Position numbers and translations under genes: made by a program
Notes under the pieces: generated by a model
The model's input: only the letters and a program-made list of their open reading frames with translations
Told to the model about the DNA's origin: nothing
The model's database searches: none
In this document: positions 10,046 through 19,488 of the stretch, piece after piece
Layout: each line of letters begins with the position of its first letter
Numbering within the stretch: position 1 is the first letter of the stretch
NCBI GenBank assembly: GCA_043811915.1
Contig: JBDRMS010000009.1
Span: 9,960 to 73,959 of the forward strand
Direction: 5' to 3'
Length of the DNA: 64,000 nt
Source: a bacterium
GTDB lineage: Bacteria > Patescibacteriota > Andersenbacteria > UBA10190

Positions 10046-10971
10046 TGACCCGGCAGCAAAAAAAAGAAGCAGGCCTTGTTACTGCCACTCTCGTCTGCAG
10101 TCTACTGTTATTCTGGGCATTTGCTGCCAGTATCGCTAGCCTCCCCCACGTCATCCTGATTATTCTCCTCCTTATTCTCACTCTCGCCTGGGTCGGCCTT
10201 GCCGCGATTACTTTCAGTTTGGCCACCAGTAAAATCTCCCGCTCCGCACTCGTTCTTGTTCCGGCTGTCTTTGTTGTCCTCGTCGGCCAGGTCCACGTTG
10301 GCTCTCTGGTGGCCGCCTTACTGCTTGTTATTCTTCTCGCCAGCGCCCAGCGTCAGCTCATACAGAATATTCAAAGCAGAATTAAGTACAACACCGCCCA
10401 AATTTTCTCTCCTGGCGCTCGGCTGATTCTTATTGGCCTTGTTGTTGTATTAGCCGGACTTTCCATTGCCCCGGTAAATGAAAATCTCTCATCCAGCAGT
10501 CTTAAAATACCTCAGAAGTTTGTGGAAATAATCATTAAACCGGCCGAGCGTATCATCACCAGTATGCTGCCCGGCTACACCTCGAACAGCACCATTGACC
10601 AGCTGATCGAAGCCAAGCTTCAATCAGATACAGGCACTTTATCACCAGGCTTCTCTATTTCTCCCGAAGAATTTGCCTCATTCCACCAGGACCTTACCGC
10701 CAGCTATGGCCTGCCTATCAGCGGCCAGGAAACATTGCCCGCTTTAGTTACCGCCTACATTAACCAGGCTCTGCTTAATTTAACTAAAAACTCACCCCTC
10801 TTTACTGTGTTGTTGGCTCTGGTTACCTTCTTGTTGGTAGCTCGTCTGTTAGTACCCATTCTTCTTTGGCCTACTCTTGGCATTATTGTCATTCTCATTA
10901 ATCTGGCTCAAAGGGCTGAATTACTATTTCTGATTACCTTACAGGAACCCGTCGAACGGCTTCAGTTATAA
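10045..10971 (+). CDS. hypothetical multi-pass membrane protein
   Basis: 308 aa, several TM helices flanking a soluble domain; translationally coupled to dnaK (TAATG) and 3 nt before dnaJ. Confidence 0.8.
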   Translation: MTRQQKKEAGLVTATLVCSLLLFWAFAASIASLPHVILIILLLILTLAWVGLAAITFSLATSKISRSALVLVPAVFVVLVGQVHVGSLVAALLLVILLASAQRQLIQNIQSRIKYNTAQIFSPGARLILIGLVVVLAGLSIAPVNENLSSSSLKIPQKFVEIIIKPAERIITSMLPGYTSNSTIDQLIEAKLQSDTGTLSPGFSISPEEFASFHQDLTASYGLPISGQETLPALVTAYINQALLNLTKNSPLFTVLLALVTFLLVARLLVPILLWPTLGIIVILINLAQRAELLFLITLQEPVERLQL

Positions 10972-10974
10972 ACC

Positions 10975-12042
10975 ATGGAAGACCATTATCAAATTCTGGG
11001 CGTTGAGCGCACCGCTACGGCCCAGGAAATAAAACGTGCTTACCGGCGCCTGGCTCATCAATATCATCCCGATAAAGACGGCGGCGACGAAGCAAAATTC
11101 AAGAAAATCAACGCTGCCTACCAGATATTGTCAGACGAAAACAAGCGCTCCCAATATGACCAGTTCGGCCAGGGATTCGATGGTGCCGGTGGCTTCGGCG
11201 GCGCTGGCAGCCCTCACATCAATGTCAATTTCGAAGATTTAGGTGACATCGGCAGTATATTCGATCAATTCTTCGGCGGGCGCTCTTCCCGCGGGACTCG
11301 TCAACAGCAGGGTGATGATATCGGCGTCGACACCACTATTTCTTTCATCGAATCAGCCCACGGTCTTAAAAAAGAGCTCACTCACCGCCTATATCAAACT
11401 TGCCCGCGTTGTCATGGCAATCAGGCTGAACCTGGCACACCAATTAATAACTGCACTATTTGCCGGGGGACCGGCACCACCTCCACCACTCGTCAGACCA
11501 TGCTGGGCGTCTTCTCGCAAAGATCCGTCTGTTCTGCCTGTCAAGGTGAGGGTAAAAAAATCGTCACTCCCTGCACCGAGTGTCGCGGAGAAGGACGCAC
11601 CTTAAGCAACCGCACGCTAATCGTAAACATTCCCCCCGGCATCGCCGACGGGCAAACCATCCGTATCGCCGGCCAGGGAGCGGCCGGCAGAGGAGGCGCC
11701 CCCGGCGACCTGTACGTTACGGTACACGTTAAACCTCACGCCGCCCTGCGCCGCGATGGCGATAATGTTCGCTCCAGTATTGAAATCCCTTTCACCGAGG
11801 CCGCCCTGGGAACCACTGTTAAAATAGAAACACTGGAAGACAAGAAAAAGCTTAACATTCCTGCCGGTACCCAACCGGGCACCGAGTTTACCATAAACAG
11901 CCTGGGTTTTCCTCGCCTTGACAGCACAAACAGGGGAGACCATATCGTCACCGCTAACATCACTATTCCCAAGCGTCTAACCCGTCACCAACACAAACTC
12001 CTGACCGAGTTTAAACAGACCAGGCGCCGTAAATTCTTTTAA
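10975..12042 (+). CDS. dnaJ: chaperone DnaJ
   Basis: J domain with HPD, G/F region, four CxxCxGxG-type repeats, GDLYV. Confidence 0.98.
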   Translation: MEDHYQILGVERTATAQEIKRAYRRLAHQYHPDKDGGDEAKFKKINAAYQILSDENKRSQYDQFGQGFDGAGGFGGAGSPHINVNFEDLGDIGSIFDQFFGGRSSRGTRQQQGDDIGVDTTISFIESAHGLKKELTHRLYQTCPRCHGNQAEPGTPINNCTICRGTGTTSTTRQTMLGVFSQRSVCSACQGEGKKIVTPCTECRGEGRTLSNRTLIVNIPPGIADGQTIRIAGQGAAGRGGAPGDLYVTVHVKPHAALRRDGDNVRSSIEIPFTEAALGTTVKIETLEDKKKLNIPAGTQPGTEFTINSLGFPRLDSTNRGDHIVTANITIPKRLTRHQHKLLTEFKQTRRRKFF

Positions 12043-12719
12043 TTGTGTTCGTTGACTGTGCTGGCGACAAAAGTTGCTTCGTCAGTCATTTCCCCCTCAA
12101 TCGTTACCTTCTGCTGACTCGCCGTTAGCTCATCCGCCTGCTTTGTCTTGCCTAGCGCCGTAAAGCTAGTCAAGCCATTAAATCGTACCAGTACATCTTT
12201 TGCCTTATATTGCGTTTCCTTAAACTTCTTCGCTGGTACCACATCCCGCATATTCAGTCCGGTAACATTTACCGTCAACCAGCCCTGGTCGGTATAACCC
12301 GTGTCCAGCACACGCGCCTGCACAGTCCCTTCCATGGAATACTCCCGATAGTTTTGCACAACCCACGAAGCGTTTACTCTCAAGTCATCCCGCAAAGTGC
12401 CCATAAACACCACTTCCTTACCCGGAGTCGGAATAGCAGTCGTCCTTCTTTTCACCAAACTACCGCTCTTCTCTTCCCATATGTATCTCTTGGCATTGCC
12501 CACATCAACATCACGCACTAACCCCTGTAACTGCGACGGATCCGCCGCGGTGGTCACGTGAGTATAATAAACACTAATGGTGTCCGCATCTCCTCCCCCC
12601 TTAACAACCCCGCGAATCAACACCGTCTGACCTGCCTCACTATTAACCCCCACCAAAGCTACTACTGCTACCAGTAGCACTCCTACAACTCCCCCCGCCA
12701 GAATTGCTTTATTGTCCAT
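12039..12719 (-). CDS. hypothetical exported protein, two internally similar beta-rich halves
   Basis: N-terminal signal/anchor; similar half-ends (KEVVFMG...ASWV; QKVTIEG...ASTV). Confidence 0.7.
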   Translation of the reverse strand: MDNKAILAGGVVGVLLVAVVALVGVNSEAGQTVLIRGVVKGGGDADTISVYYTHVTTAADPSQLQGLVRDVDVGNAKRYIWEEKSGSLVKRRTTAIPTPGKEVVFMGTLRDDLRVNASWVVQNYREYSMEGTVQARVLDTGYTDQGWLTVNVTGLNMRDVVPAKKFKETQYKAKDVLVRFNGLTSFTALGKTKQADELTASQQKVTIEGEMTDEATFVASTVNEHN

Positions 12720-12791
12720 ATATAATGTTAATTTATTGTTTAAACTTGTGGAAAACCGCTATATTCAGTATACCATAAAAGATAAAGAAAA

Positions 12792-13026
12792 GCGCTCATA
12801 GCTTCCCACTACGCCCGCGCCTTTGGCGGGGCTTCGCGGGACAGGCCAACGTTTACCAACATTTGCTTGCCCTGCGAAGTTCTGTCAAAAGACAGAGCGA
12901 AGTATGGGCGTCCATAGCTCAATCGGCAGAGCAGCGGCCTTTTAAGCCAACGGTTGGGGGTTTTGAGCCGCAGGCGAAACCCGCCGCAGCCCGCCACATT
13001 GGCGGGCGAATGGCGGGCGATTCCTG
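12792..13026 (+). pseudogene. two decayed tRNA-Lys copies interrupted by palindromic elements
   Basis: 12792-12803 equals the first 12 nt of tRNA-Lys; 12908-12955 matches tRNA nt 1-48 at 44/48; T-loop TT|CGATTCCTG split by a 55-nt insert (12963-13017); no 3' acceptor strand. Confidence 0.85.
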
Positions 13027-13055
13027 TACACTATAAAATAACAAATAAATCTTAT

Positions 13056-13131
13056 GCGCTCATAGCTCAATTGGCAGAGCAGTGGCCTTTTAAGCCAACG
13101 GTTCCAGGTTCGATTCCTGGTGAGCGCACCA
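13056..13131 (+). tRNA. tRNA-Lys (TTT)
   Basis: Acceptor GCGCTCA/TGAGCGC, anticodon loop CT-TTT-AA, T arm CCAGG-TTCGATT-CCTGG, encoded CCA. Confidence 0.96.
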
Positions 13132-13159
13132 GCCTATGCCAAGGCTTCGGCCGGCAAGC
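13132..13159 (-). repeat. palindromic mini-element abutting the tRNA-Lys CCA
   Basis: Reverse complement GCTTGCCGGCCGAAG-CCTTGG-CATAGGC fits the arms shared with 12805-12845, 12866-12908 and 22438-22477. Confidence 0.65.
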
Positions 13160-13202
13160 AAAAAAAAGACCCCCTTAACACATCATGTGTTTTTGGGGGG
13201 TC
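13160..13202 (-). terminator. intrinsic terminator between convergent tRNA-Lys and purL
   Basis: A-run then GACCCCC-TTAACACA...TGTGTTTTT-GGGGGGTC stem; poly-U on the minus strand. Confidence 0.7.
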
Positions 13203-13212
13203 GAAGAGAACA

Positions 13213-16200
13213 CTATCTTACACACCAGTCGTAGGCATTCTGGAATAATTTCATCCAGGGACTGGTCGGCAAGCCTTGCCAGCTTGAAGGCATCCACGGC
13301 CACAACCTTTTCTGGAAAGTCCGCTCCGGGTGCGGCATCATGGCCAGGTGTCGTCCGTCAGGTGAGCAAAGAGCTGTAATACCCTGCGGACTCCCGTTGG
13401 GGTTGAAAGGATACACTTCCGTCGGTTCGCCTTCCCGATCCACATAACGCAACGGCGCCAGGCCGACGTCAATAATGCGCCGCAGCATATCGCTTCGAGG
13501 CACGTGCAGCCTGCCTTCGCCATGCGCCGTGTGCACGCCAAGGATGGATTCTTCCATGCCGCGCAGCATAATAGCCGGACTGGGCATAACTTTGACGGCG
13601 GGAAACCGCGATTCGAATCTTCCTGACCTGTTTCTGACAAATCGCGGCTTAGCTTCGTCCGCCAGATCCGGCCATATCACCCAGCCCAGCAGTGTCATCA
13701 ACTGGCAGCCATTGCACACGCCAAAGGAAATCGTGTCATCTCGTGCCCGAAATTGTGCAAACTCCTCTCGCACACAGTCATTGAACAGACTTACCCCGGC
13801 CCATCCTTTGGCCGCGTCCAACACATCACCAAAAGAGAAACCGCCGACAAAGGCCATGCACTTGAACTGGTCCAGGCTGATTCTGCCTGCTATCAGATCA
13901 GTTATGGTAACATCCCAGGGTTCAAACCCGGCCGCATAGAAGGCAGCTGCCATTTCCACATCCCCGTTGCTGCCGCGCTCACGCAGAATCGCCACCTGCG
14001 GCTTAGCCCTCGCCGTCAAACGAGAAGGCAGCGTCACCGCACAGTCAAACGTGACACAATAGGGCGGGGGAGTGAGCAGGCTTTGATTCACTGCCGCTTC
14101 CTGATCCACGCATTCCGGGTTAGCCTGCAGATAATCAATAGCCGTGCTGGTAGCTTCCCAGATAGCCCGCAGATCCGTCATTGGCTCGTCCAGCACAGTC
14201 GAACCATTAAGGATAACACTGATACGATTCTCATCCGTGACCATTCCCAGCAGACAGACCGGAATTCCCTGTAAAGCCATTCGTTGCATCACTTCTTGTG
14301 GCTTACTGATCTCAATTACCAGGCCCAGCTCTTCACCAAAAAGTGCCGGTATGGTCGCATTCGGATCTCCGTAATTAATGTCCAGGCCCAGGTTGCCGGC
14401 GAAAGCCATTTCCAGCAGCGTGGTGATAAGACCGCCGTCGCTGCGATCATGAACTGAAGATATCCATCCTTCTACCTGCATCTGTTGCACTGTCCTGAAA
14501 ACCAACTCGAGTAGCGCCACATTCTCTACATCCGGACACTCATCGCCCACCTGGCCGTACACTTGCGCCAAAGCAGAGCCTCCCAGGCGGCACTTACCGC
14601 CGCTCAAGTCAACAAGCAGCAGGCCATTACCGGCTTTTTTCAACTCCGGCGTTACTTTGCAGATGGCGTGTGGCATACCGGCATAAGCTGCTATTACCAA
14701 TTCCATGGGGGCCTTCATAACCTTTTCCTTTCCATCTGGCGCGACCACTTTGACGGCCATGGACAAACTATCCTTGCCGCCATCCGGTGCTATGCTTAAG
14801 TCCAGACAAATATCGCGCAAAGAGCGGGCTGCGTCGTATAACCGGGCTCCTTCGCCGGGCAGTTTTGCCGCCAGCATCCAGTTAGCAGAAAACCTGACAT
14901 CTTCCAGCGCCGTGATCCTGGCTCCAACCATATTAAGTAGAGCCTCGGCCACCGCCATTCTGGCCATCGCCGCCGGGTTAATAAGACCTATCATAGGCTT
15001 CTCACCCAGACTCAATGCGTCACCCTCGCCGGTCAGGTGACTGCGGGCCTTGACAGCATAGCCGCACAACGTTACATGGTTTGGTCCCACGCACTGTTGT
15101 TGAACCACCAAGCCGGCCACCGAACGATCAACCTTGGTGGTTAAAAATCTTTTTGAACCCACCGCAGGTAATCGCAATACCCGATCAAGCACGTTTTTTA
15201 CCGTTAAACTATCGGGTAGGACTAACGGTTCAGGTTGCGCTGTCGGTCGATCAAGATGCCAGATTTTACGCGACGACTCTCCCAGAACATCCTCGAGGGG
15301 AAGGGCAAAGGGGTACGTTCCGTCCTGACTGTCATGGACCCTCATCCAGCCGTCGCCCGTGATGCTTCCTACTTTTACACAGAGAACACCTTCACGATCT
15401 GCAATTTGTTGAAGAAAAGGTAGTTGGTCTGGCCCAATAAGTATTCCATTACGCTCTTGAGCTTCACACATCCACAACTCGCCGGGCGATAGGGAGCTAT
15501 CACCACTAGGTAAGTACCGCAACTCAACCCTTGCTCCGGCCGGATAAGCTAATTCAGTCAGTAGATTACCGGAACCACCGGCACCAAGGTCACCGGCCGA
15601 CAGGATGGGGTTGGCAGAGCCCATAGCAATACAGGCACGCAATACTCTATCCATGACATTCTCCATTCGGGCATCGCCACGTTGGACAGAGGCAAAGTCC
15701 AGTTCCTCCGTGTTTGCACCTGCCGTCATAGAGCTGGCCGATCCGCCACCGACGCCAATTCGGTAAGCCAGTCCACCTATCTGTAACATAATCATGCCCT
15801 TACCCGGTGGGTATGACTCGAGGTGCTCGCCAGCTACTAATCCCGCACCCACCGAGTACATAATGGGCTTCAGCCATCCGTAGCGAGCTCCCGCATAACT
15901 CAAATCACACGTCCTGACAAACCCGTAAATAACAGGTTCACCAAAGCAATTGCCGTAATCTGAAGCCCCATCGCTGGCCCGAATCATGATCTGCAATGGC
16001 GAAGCCATGTTGACAGGTAGCTGCCAACTATCTCTTTCCCAGGGCAAATCATAGTCGGGAATGCACAAATTGCCGGTGCAGTATGCCGCCCCGCCAACTC
16101 CTACCAGACCGCCGCGAGCCACTGCGTTGTTATCCCGAATACGCCCACCCGTGCCAGTCTCTGCTCCCGGATAAGGAGCAAAAGCAGTGGGGTGATTATG

Positions 16201-17115
16201 CGTCTCCGCCGTTAGCGTGGGATGCCACAATTTTCGCACCGGTCCAAGCTGGCAGGGATAACCCGGACGCGATGGTACCAAACGCGTTATCTCGCATCCT
16301 TGTATGGCCGAGCTGTCGTCGCTAAAAGCCAGCACAGAATTTCCGGGTCTGGCCTTCCAGGGAGCCTGTACAATTTCCATCAGGCTGTGCTCTTGGGACA
16401 CTCCACCTATCACCAGCTCTCCTTTAAAAAAGAGATGCCGGGAATGCTCGGACATGGCATTGCCCCACCACAGCAACTCGACATCAGTGGGGTTACGCTT
16501 CAATACCGTTATGAACAGGTGATAAATTTTATCAATATCCTGTTCATCAAAACCAAGACCCATTTCCCGGCTAGCCCGTTGCAATGCCTTCTTGCCTTGC
16601 CTCAATACGGGAATAACACTTACCGGTTCAAATCCCAATCCCGAGTCCAGGTTGTCTGGCAGTTGCCGATACGGCATCTGCGTCATCCGATCATGCCAGG
16701 AGGCCAGCATCGCCTGTTCCTGTTCGCCGGTCATATTCTCAACCGACAAGCCAAATCGCAGAAATCGCTCCAGTCTGACTACCTGATCCAGTCCACAAGC
16801 CTGGCAAATAGCTACCGCTTGGGAAGAAAATGGAGTCTCAAAGTTCAGACGCGGCCCCGTCATTAACACAGTGGGAAAACTGCTCAAAGTAGTTTCTGTA
16901 CCGGACCGGTCAGGCTCGAAAGTCTCTCGCAACAACCACATTAAGCGTTTCGCCCCACTTTCGGCCAAAACCTCATTTTTCGTCTCCACACAGAAACACC
17001 ATTCTGTAGCCACGTTAAGACTACCCATTGCCATTTTCAGAATGGTAGCCGCGTGAGCCACAAATCGGCGCCTTTCAGAATCAGTCAAAGCCGGGTTTCG
17101 GTAAAAATGCAGCAT
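13213..17115 (-). CDS. purL: phosphoribosylformylglycinamidine synthase, large single-chain type
   Basis: SEHSRH, ETHNHPT, DFASVQRG, GGKDSLSM, HDRSDGGL, GATase GVCNGCQ and MMPHPER; likely start MLHFYR at 17115 after AAAGGA. Confidence 0.96.
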   Translation of the reverse strand: MLHFYRNPALTDSERRRFVAHAATILKMAMGSLNVATEWCFCVETKNEVLAESGAKRLMWLLRETFEPDRSGTETTLSSFPTVLMTGPRLNFETPFSSQAVAICQACGLDQVVRLERFLRFGLSVENMTGEQEQAMLASWHDRMTQMPYRQLPDNLDSGLGFEPVSVIPVLRQGKKALQRASREMGLGFDEQDIDKIYHLFITVLKRNPTDVELLWWGNAMSEHSRHLFFKGELVIGGVSQEHSLMEIVQAPWKARPGNSVLAFSDDSSAIQGCEITRLVPSRPGYPCQLGPVRKLWHPTLTAETHNHPTAFAPYPGAETGTGGRIRDNNAVARGGLVGVGGAAYCTGNLCIPDYDLPWERDSWQLPVNMASPLQIMIRASDGASDYGNCFGEPVIYGFVRTCDLSYAGARYGWLKPIMYSVGAGLVAGEHLESYPPGKGMIMLQIGGLAYRIGVGGGSASSMTAGANTEELDFASVQRGDARMENVMDRVLRACIAMGSANPILSAGDLGAGGSGNLLTELAYPAGARVELRYLPSGDSSLSPGELWMCEAQERNGILIGPDQLPFLQQIADREGVLCVKVGSITGDGWMRVHDSQDGTYPFALPLEDVLGESSRKIWHLDRPTAQPEPLVLPDSLTVKNVLDRVLRLPAVGSKRFLTTKVDRSVAGLVVQQQCVGPNHVTLCGYAVKARSHLTGEGDALSLGEKPMIGLINPAAMARMAVAEALLNMVGARITALEDVRFSANWMLAAKLPGEGARLYDAARSLRDICLDLSIAPDGGKDSLSMAVKVVAPDGKEKVMKAPMELVIAAYAGMPHAICKVTPELKKAGNGLLLVDLSGGKCRLGGSALAQVYGQVGDECPDVENVALLELVFRTVQQMQVEGWISSVHDRSDGGLITTLLEMAFAGNLGLDINYGDPNATIPALFGEELGLVIEISKPQEVMQRMALQGIPVCLLGMVTDENRISVILNGSTVLDEPMTDLRAIWEATSTAIDYLQANPECVDQEAAVNQSLLTPPPYCVTFDCAVTLPSRLTARAKPQVAILRERGSNGDVEMAAAFYAAGFEPWDVTITDLIAGRISLDQFKCMAFVGGFSFGDVLDAAKGWAGVSLFNDCVREEFAQFRARDDTISFGVCNGCQLMTLLGWVIWPDLADEAKPRFVRNRSGRFESRFPAVKVMPSPAIMLRGMEESILGVHTAHGEGRLHVPRSDMLRRIIDVGLAPLRYVDREGEPTEVYPFNPNGSPQGITALCSPDGRHLAMMPHPERTFQKRLWPWMPSSWQGLPTSPWMKLFQNAYDWCVR

Positions 17116-17221
17116 AACAATCGTCCTTTTGTAACGTGTACCTAATTGACAAGGAACAATTGCCAATTCTCCATTGAATCAGCCTCCCATCATAACCCAG
17201 GTCAAAATTTATAAAAAGCAG

Positions 17222-17249
17222 TTGACAAAATCTGACATTTGTGTAAACT
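17222..17249 (+). promoter_or_regulatory. sigma70-type promoter
   Basis: TTGACA-N16-TAAACT, pointing into a non-coding hairpin region. Confidence 0.6.
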
Positions 17250-17260
17250 GGTCAGTTACT

Positions 17261-17443
17261 TTGTTCGTCTCATTTGTGGCCAGGAGCGGCCCCATAGCAA
17301 TACAGCCAGGGCAGCTGCAAAGCTTCCCTTGTCTTGAGCAATCTGGCTTGTCGCGTGAACCTACTGCTCACACGACCTTTTGTGTGGTTTTATTTGCTTG
17401 CAAATATTATCTACTAACTCCTCGCCACAAATGAGCTGATCAA
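17261..17443 (+). ncRNA. candidate structured ncRNA (6S-RNA-like rod)
   Basis: CTCATTTGTGGCCAGGAG (17269-17286) pairs with 17418-17435 at 17/18; internal stems and a GCAA-capped hairpin; ~185 nt; promoter upstream. Confidence 0.45.
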
Positions 17444-17454
17444 AATATATGGGG

Positions 17455-17683
17455 TTGTATTATTTTGCCCAAACCATATAATACTGGGTTCTCTGGAAAT
17501 GCTCGTATTCCGTGAATCGCAATAGCATTGTGTTTCGTGGAATGCGTGCATTTACCCGCCGTACCGGCGGATATGCAGGCAGTGTTCATTTATCTACAAG
17601 ACAGCCCCGTCCTGAAGGAGCGGGGCGCATCCTGGGCATACGACCTCCCCCCGCCTCGGCGGGGGGAAAACCCAGGACTTTTT
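17455..17683 (+). other. promoter plus highly structured leader or second ncRNA upstream of aspS
   Basis: TTGTAT-N16-TATAAT (17455-17482); long hairpin 17497-17553; hairpins 17604-17626 and 17647-17666; CTGGGTT (17484) can pair with AACCCAG (17669). Confidence 0.45.
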
Positions 17684-17712
17684 CTGGCCAAAACCTTGCC
17701 TTTTAGAGTACG

Positions 17713-19488
17713 ATGTCAAACATGTATCGCACTCACGTAGGCGGGGAGCTAAATAAAAAACATATCGGCAAGACTGTTTACTTAAGTGGCTGGGTCCATA
17801 CTCGTCGCGATCACGGCAACCTTATTTTTATCGACTTGCGTGATAAGTGGGGGATTACCCAGATTACATTTGACCCCGGTAAAAACAAAGACGCCTGGGC
17901 CGCAGCCGAAAAACTTAAAGATGAATATGTCATTAGTGTTAAAGGAACTGTCGCCGCCCGACCCCTCGACATGGTCAACGACAAACTCGCTACAGGCGAA
18001 ATTGAAATTGAAGCAGGGGAGATAACCATTTTAAGCGAGGCGGCCACCTTACCGTTTGAAGTTTCATCGGACAAGAAAGTTAATGAAGAGTTACGGTTGA
18101 AATACCGCTTTCTTGATCTGCGCCGTCCTCGCCAACAAAAAATATTAGCTACCCGCGACGCCTTTATCACTTACATTCGCGAGTATATGCACAAACTGGA
18201 TTTCACCGAGGTGCAAACGCCCATTCTGGCCAACTCCTCCCCGGAAGGTGCCCGCGATTTTCTGGTGCCCAGCCGCCTTCATCCCGGCCAGTTTTACGCC
18301 TTGCCTCAAGCCCCTCAGCAATTCAAACAACTACTCATGGCAGCTGGTTTGGATAGATATTTTCAGATTGCTCCATGTTTTCGCGACGAGGACCCCAGAG
18401 CAGACCGCCACCCCGGCGACTTTTACCAGCTCGACATGGAAATGAGCTTTGTTATCCAGGAAGACATTTTCAATGTTGTCGAGCCGTTGATGATCGAGTT
18501 GACCGAAAAGTTCAGCGACAAGAAAATAATTACCCGACCTTTCCCGCGCATTCCCTGGCGGGAAGCCATGAATAAATACGGCACTGACAAGCCGGACTTA
18601 CGTTATGAACTAACCATGACAGACGTTTCTGATATCGTCCGCGGCTCTAAATTTAAAGTCTTCGAAGAAGCATTAAATACCGGAGGAACAATCTACGCTT
18701 TGCCTGTGCCTAATGGCGTCAGTTTTACCCGGAGTACTATAGATAATCTCACTGAAGTAGCCAAAGCGAACGGTGTCGGCGGCCTGGCGTATATTCTATA
18801 CAAAGACGAACCAACCTCGCCCATTATTAAGTTTCTGGATAAAGACAAGGTTGCCGGCATTAAAAAAGCCGCCGGAGTCAAAAAAGGCGACGCTGTTTTC
18901 CTCGCTGCCGGTCCCTGGCTGTCAGTCTGCCAGGCCCTGGGGGCTGTCCGCACAGCTATCGCCAAAAAACAAGGCCTGGCCGATGAAACAAAAGCCGCCT
19001 GGTGCTGGGTAGTCGACTTTCCCATGTATGAAAAGAATGAAGCCACCGGACAAATTGATTTTTCACACAATCCCTTTTCTATGCCGCAGGAGGGCTTAGC
19101 CGGCCTAAGCGCCAAAGACCCTACTACCATTCTTGGCTATCAATATGACCTGGCTCTTAACGGACTGGAAATTTCTTCCGGCGCCATTCGTAATCACGAT
19201 CCCGGGGTTATGTACAAAGCTTTTTCTCTAGCCGGCTATTCCGCTGAAGAAGTCGACGAAAAATTTGGCGGCATGATTCGCGCTTTCAAGTTTGGCACTC
19301 CTCCCCATGGCGGCTTCGCCCCCGGTATCGATCGCCTGTTTATGGTCTTGCTTGATCTGCCCAGCATTCGCGACGTTTACGCCTTTCCCAAGAACGGCCG
19401 TGGCCAGGACTTGCTTATGAATTCACCTGCTCTCATTAGTCAGGAACAGCTAAAAGATTTGCACCTTAAACTTGATCCTGATGATTGA
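17713..19488 (+). CDS. aspS: aspartate--tRNA ligase
   Basis: [60 protein letters not shown]. Confidence 0.98.
   Translation: MSNMYRTHVGGELNKKHIGKTVYLSGWVHTRRDHGNLIFIDLRDKWGITQITFDPGKNKDAWAAAEKLKDEYVISVKGTVAARPLDMVNDKLATGEIEIEAGEITILSEAATLPFEVSSDKKVNEELRLKYRFLDLRRPRQQKILATRDAFITYIREYMHKLDFTEVQTPILANSSPEGARDFLVPSRLHPGQFYALPQAPQQFKQLLMAAGLDRYFQIAPCFRDEDPRADRHPGDFYQLDMEMSFVIQEDIFNVVEPLMIELTEKFSDKKIITRPFPRIPWREAMNKYGTDKPDLRYELTMTDVSDIVRGSKFKVFEEALNTGGTIYALPVPNGVSFTRSTIDNLTEVAKANGVGGLAYILYKDEPTSPIIKFLDKDKVAGIKKAAGVKKGDAVFLAAGPWLSVCQALGAVRTAIAKKQGLADETKAAWCWVVDFPMYEKNEATGQIDFSHNPFSMPQEGLAGLSAKDPTTILGYQYDLALNGLEISSGAIRNHDPGVMYKAFSLAGYSAEEVDEKFGGMIRAFKFGTPPHGGFAPGIDRLFMVLLDLPSIRDVYAFPKNGRGQDLLMNSPALISQEQLKDLHLKLDPDD

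Noticed and set aside
12908-13026. Possible functional tRNA-Lys with an intron
   Set aside because: No 3' acceptor strand follows the T-arm, and the insert has neither a group I core nor a bulge-helix-bulge.
13056-17200. Integrative element at tRNA-Lys carrying purL
   Set aside because: No integrase and no downstream duplication of the tRNA 3' end found; only horizontal origin of purL is suggested.
17604-17626. Hairpin resembling an IS200/IS605 end
   Set aside because: No tnpA/tnpB or second end nearby; not called as a mobile element.
17484-17700. T-box riboswitch upstream of aspS
   Set aside because: No AGGGTGGNACCGCG T-box sequence or recognisable stem I motifs.
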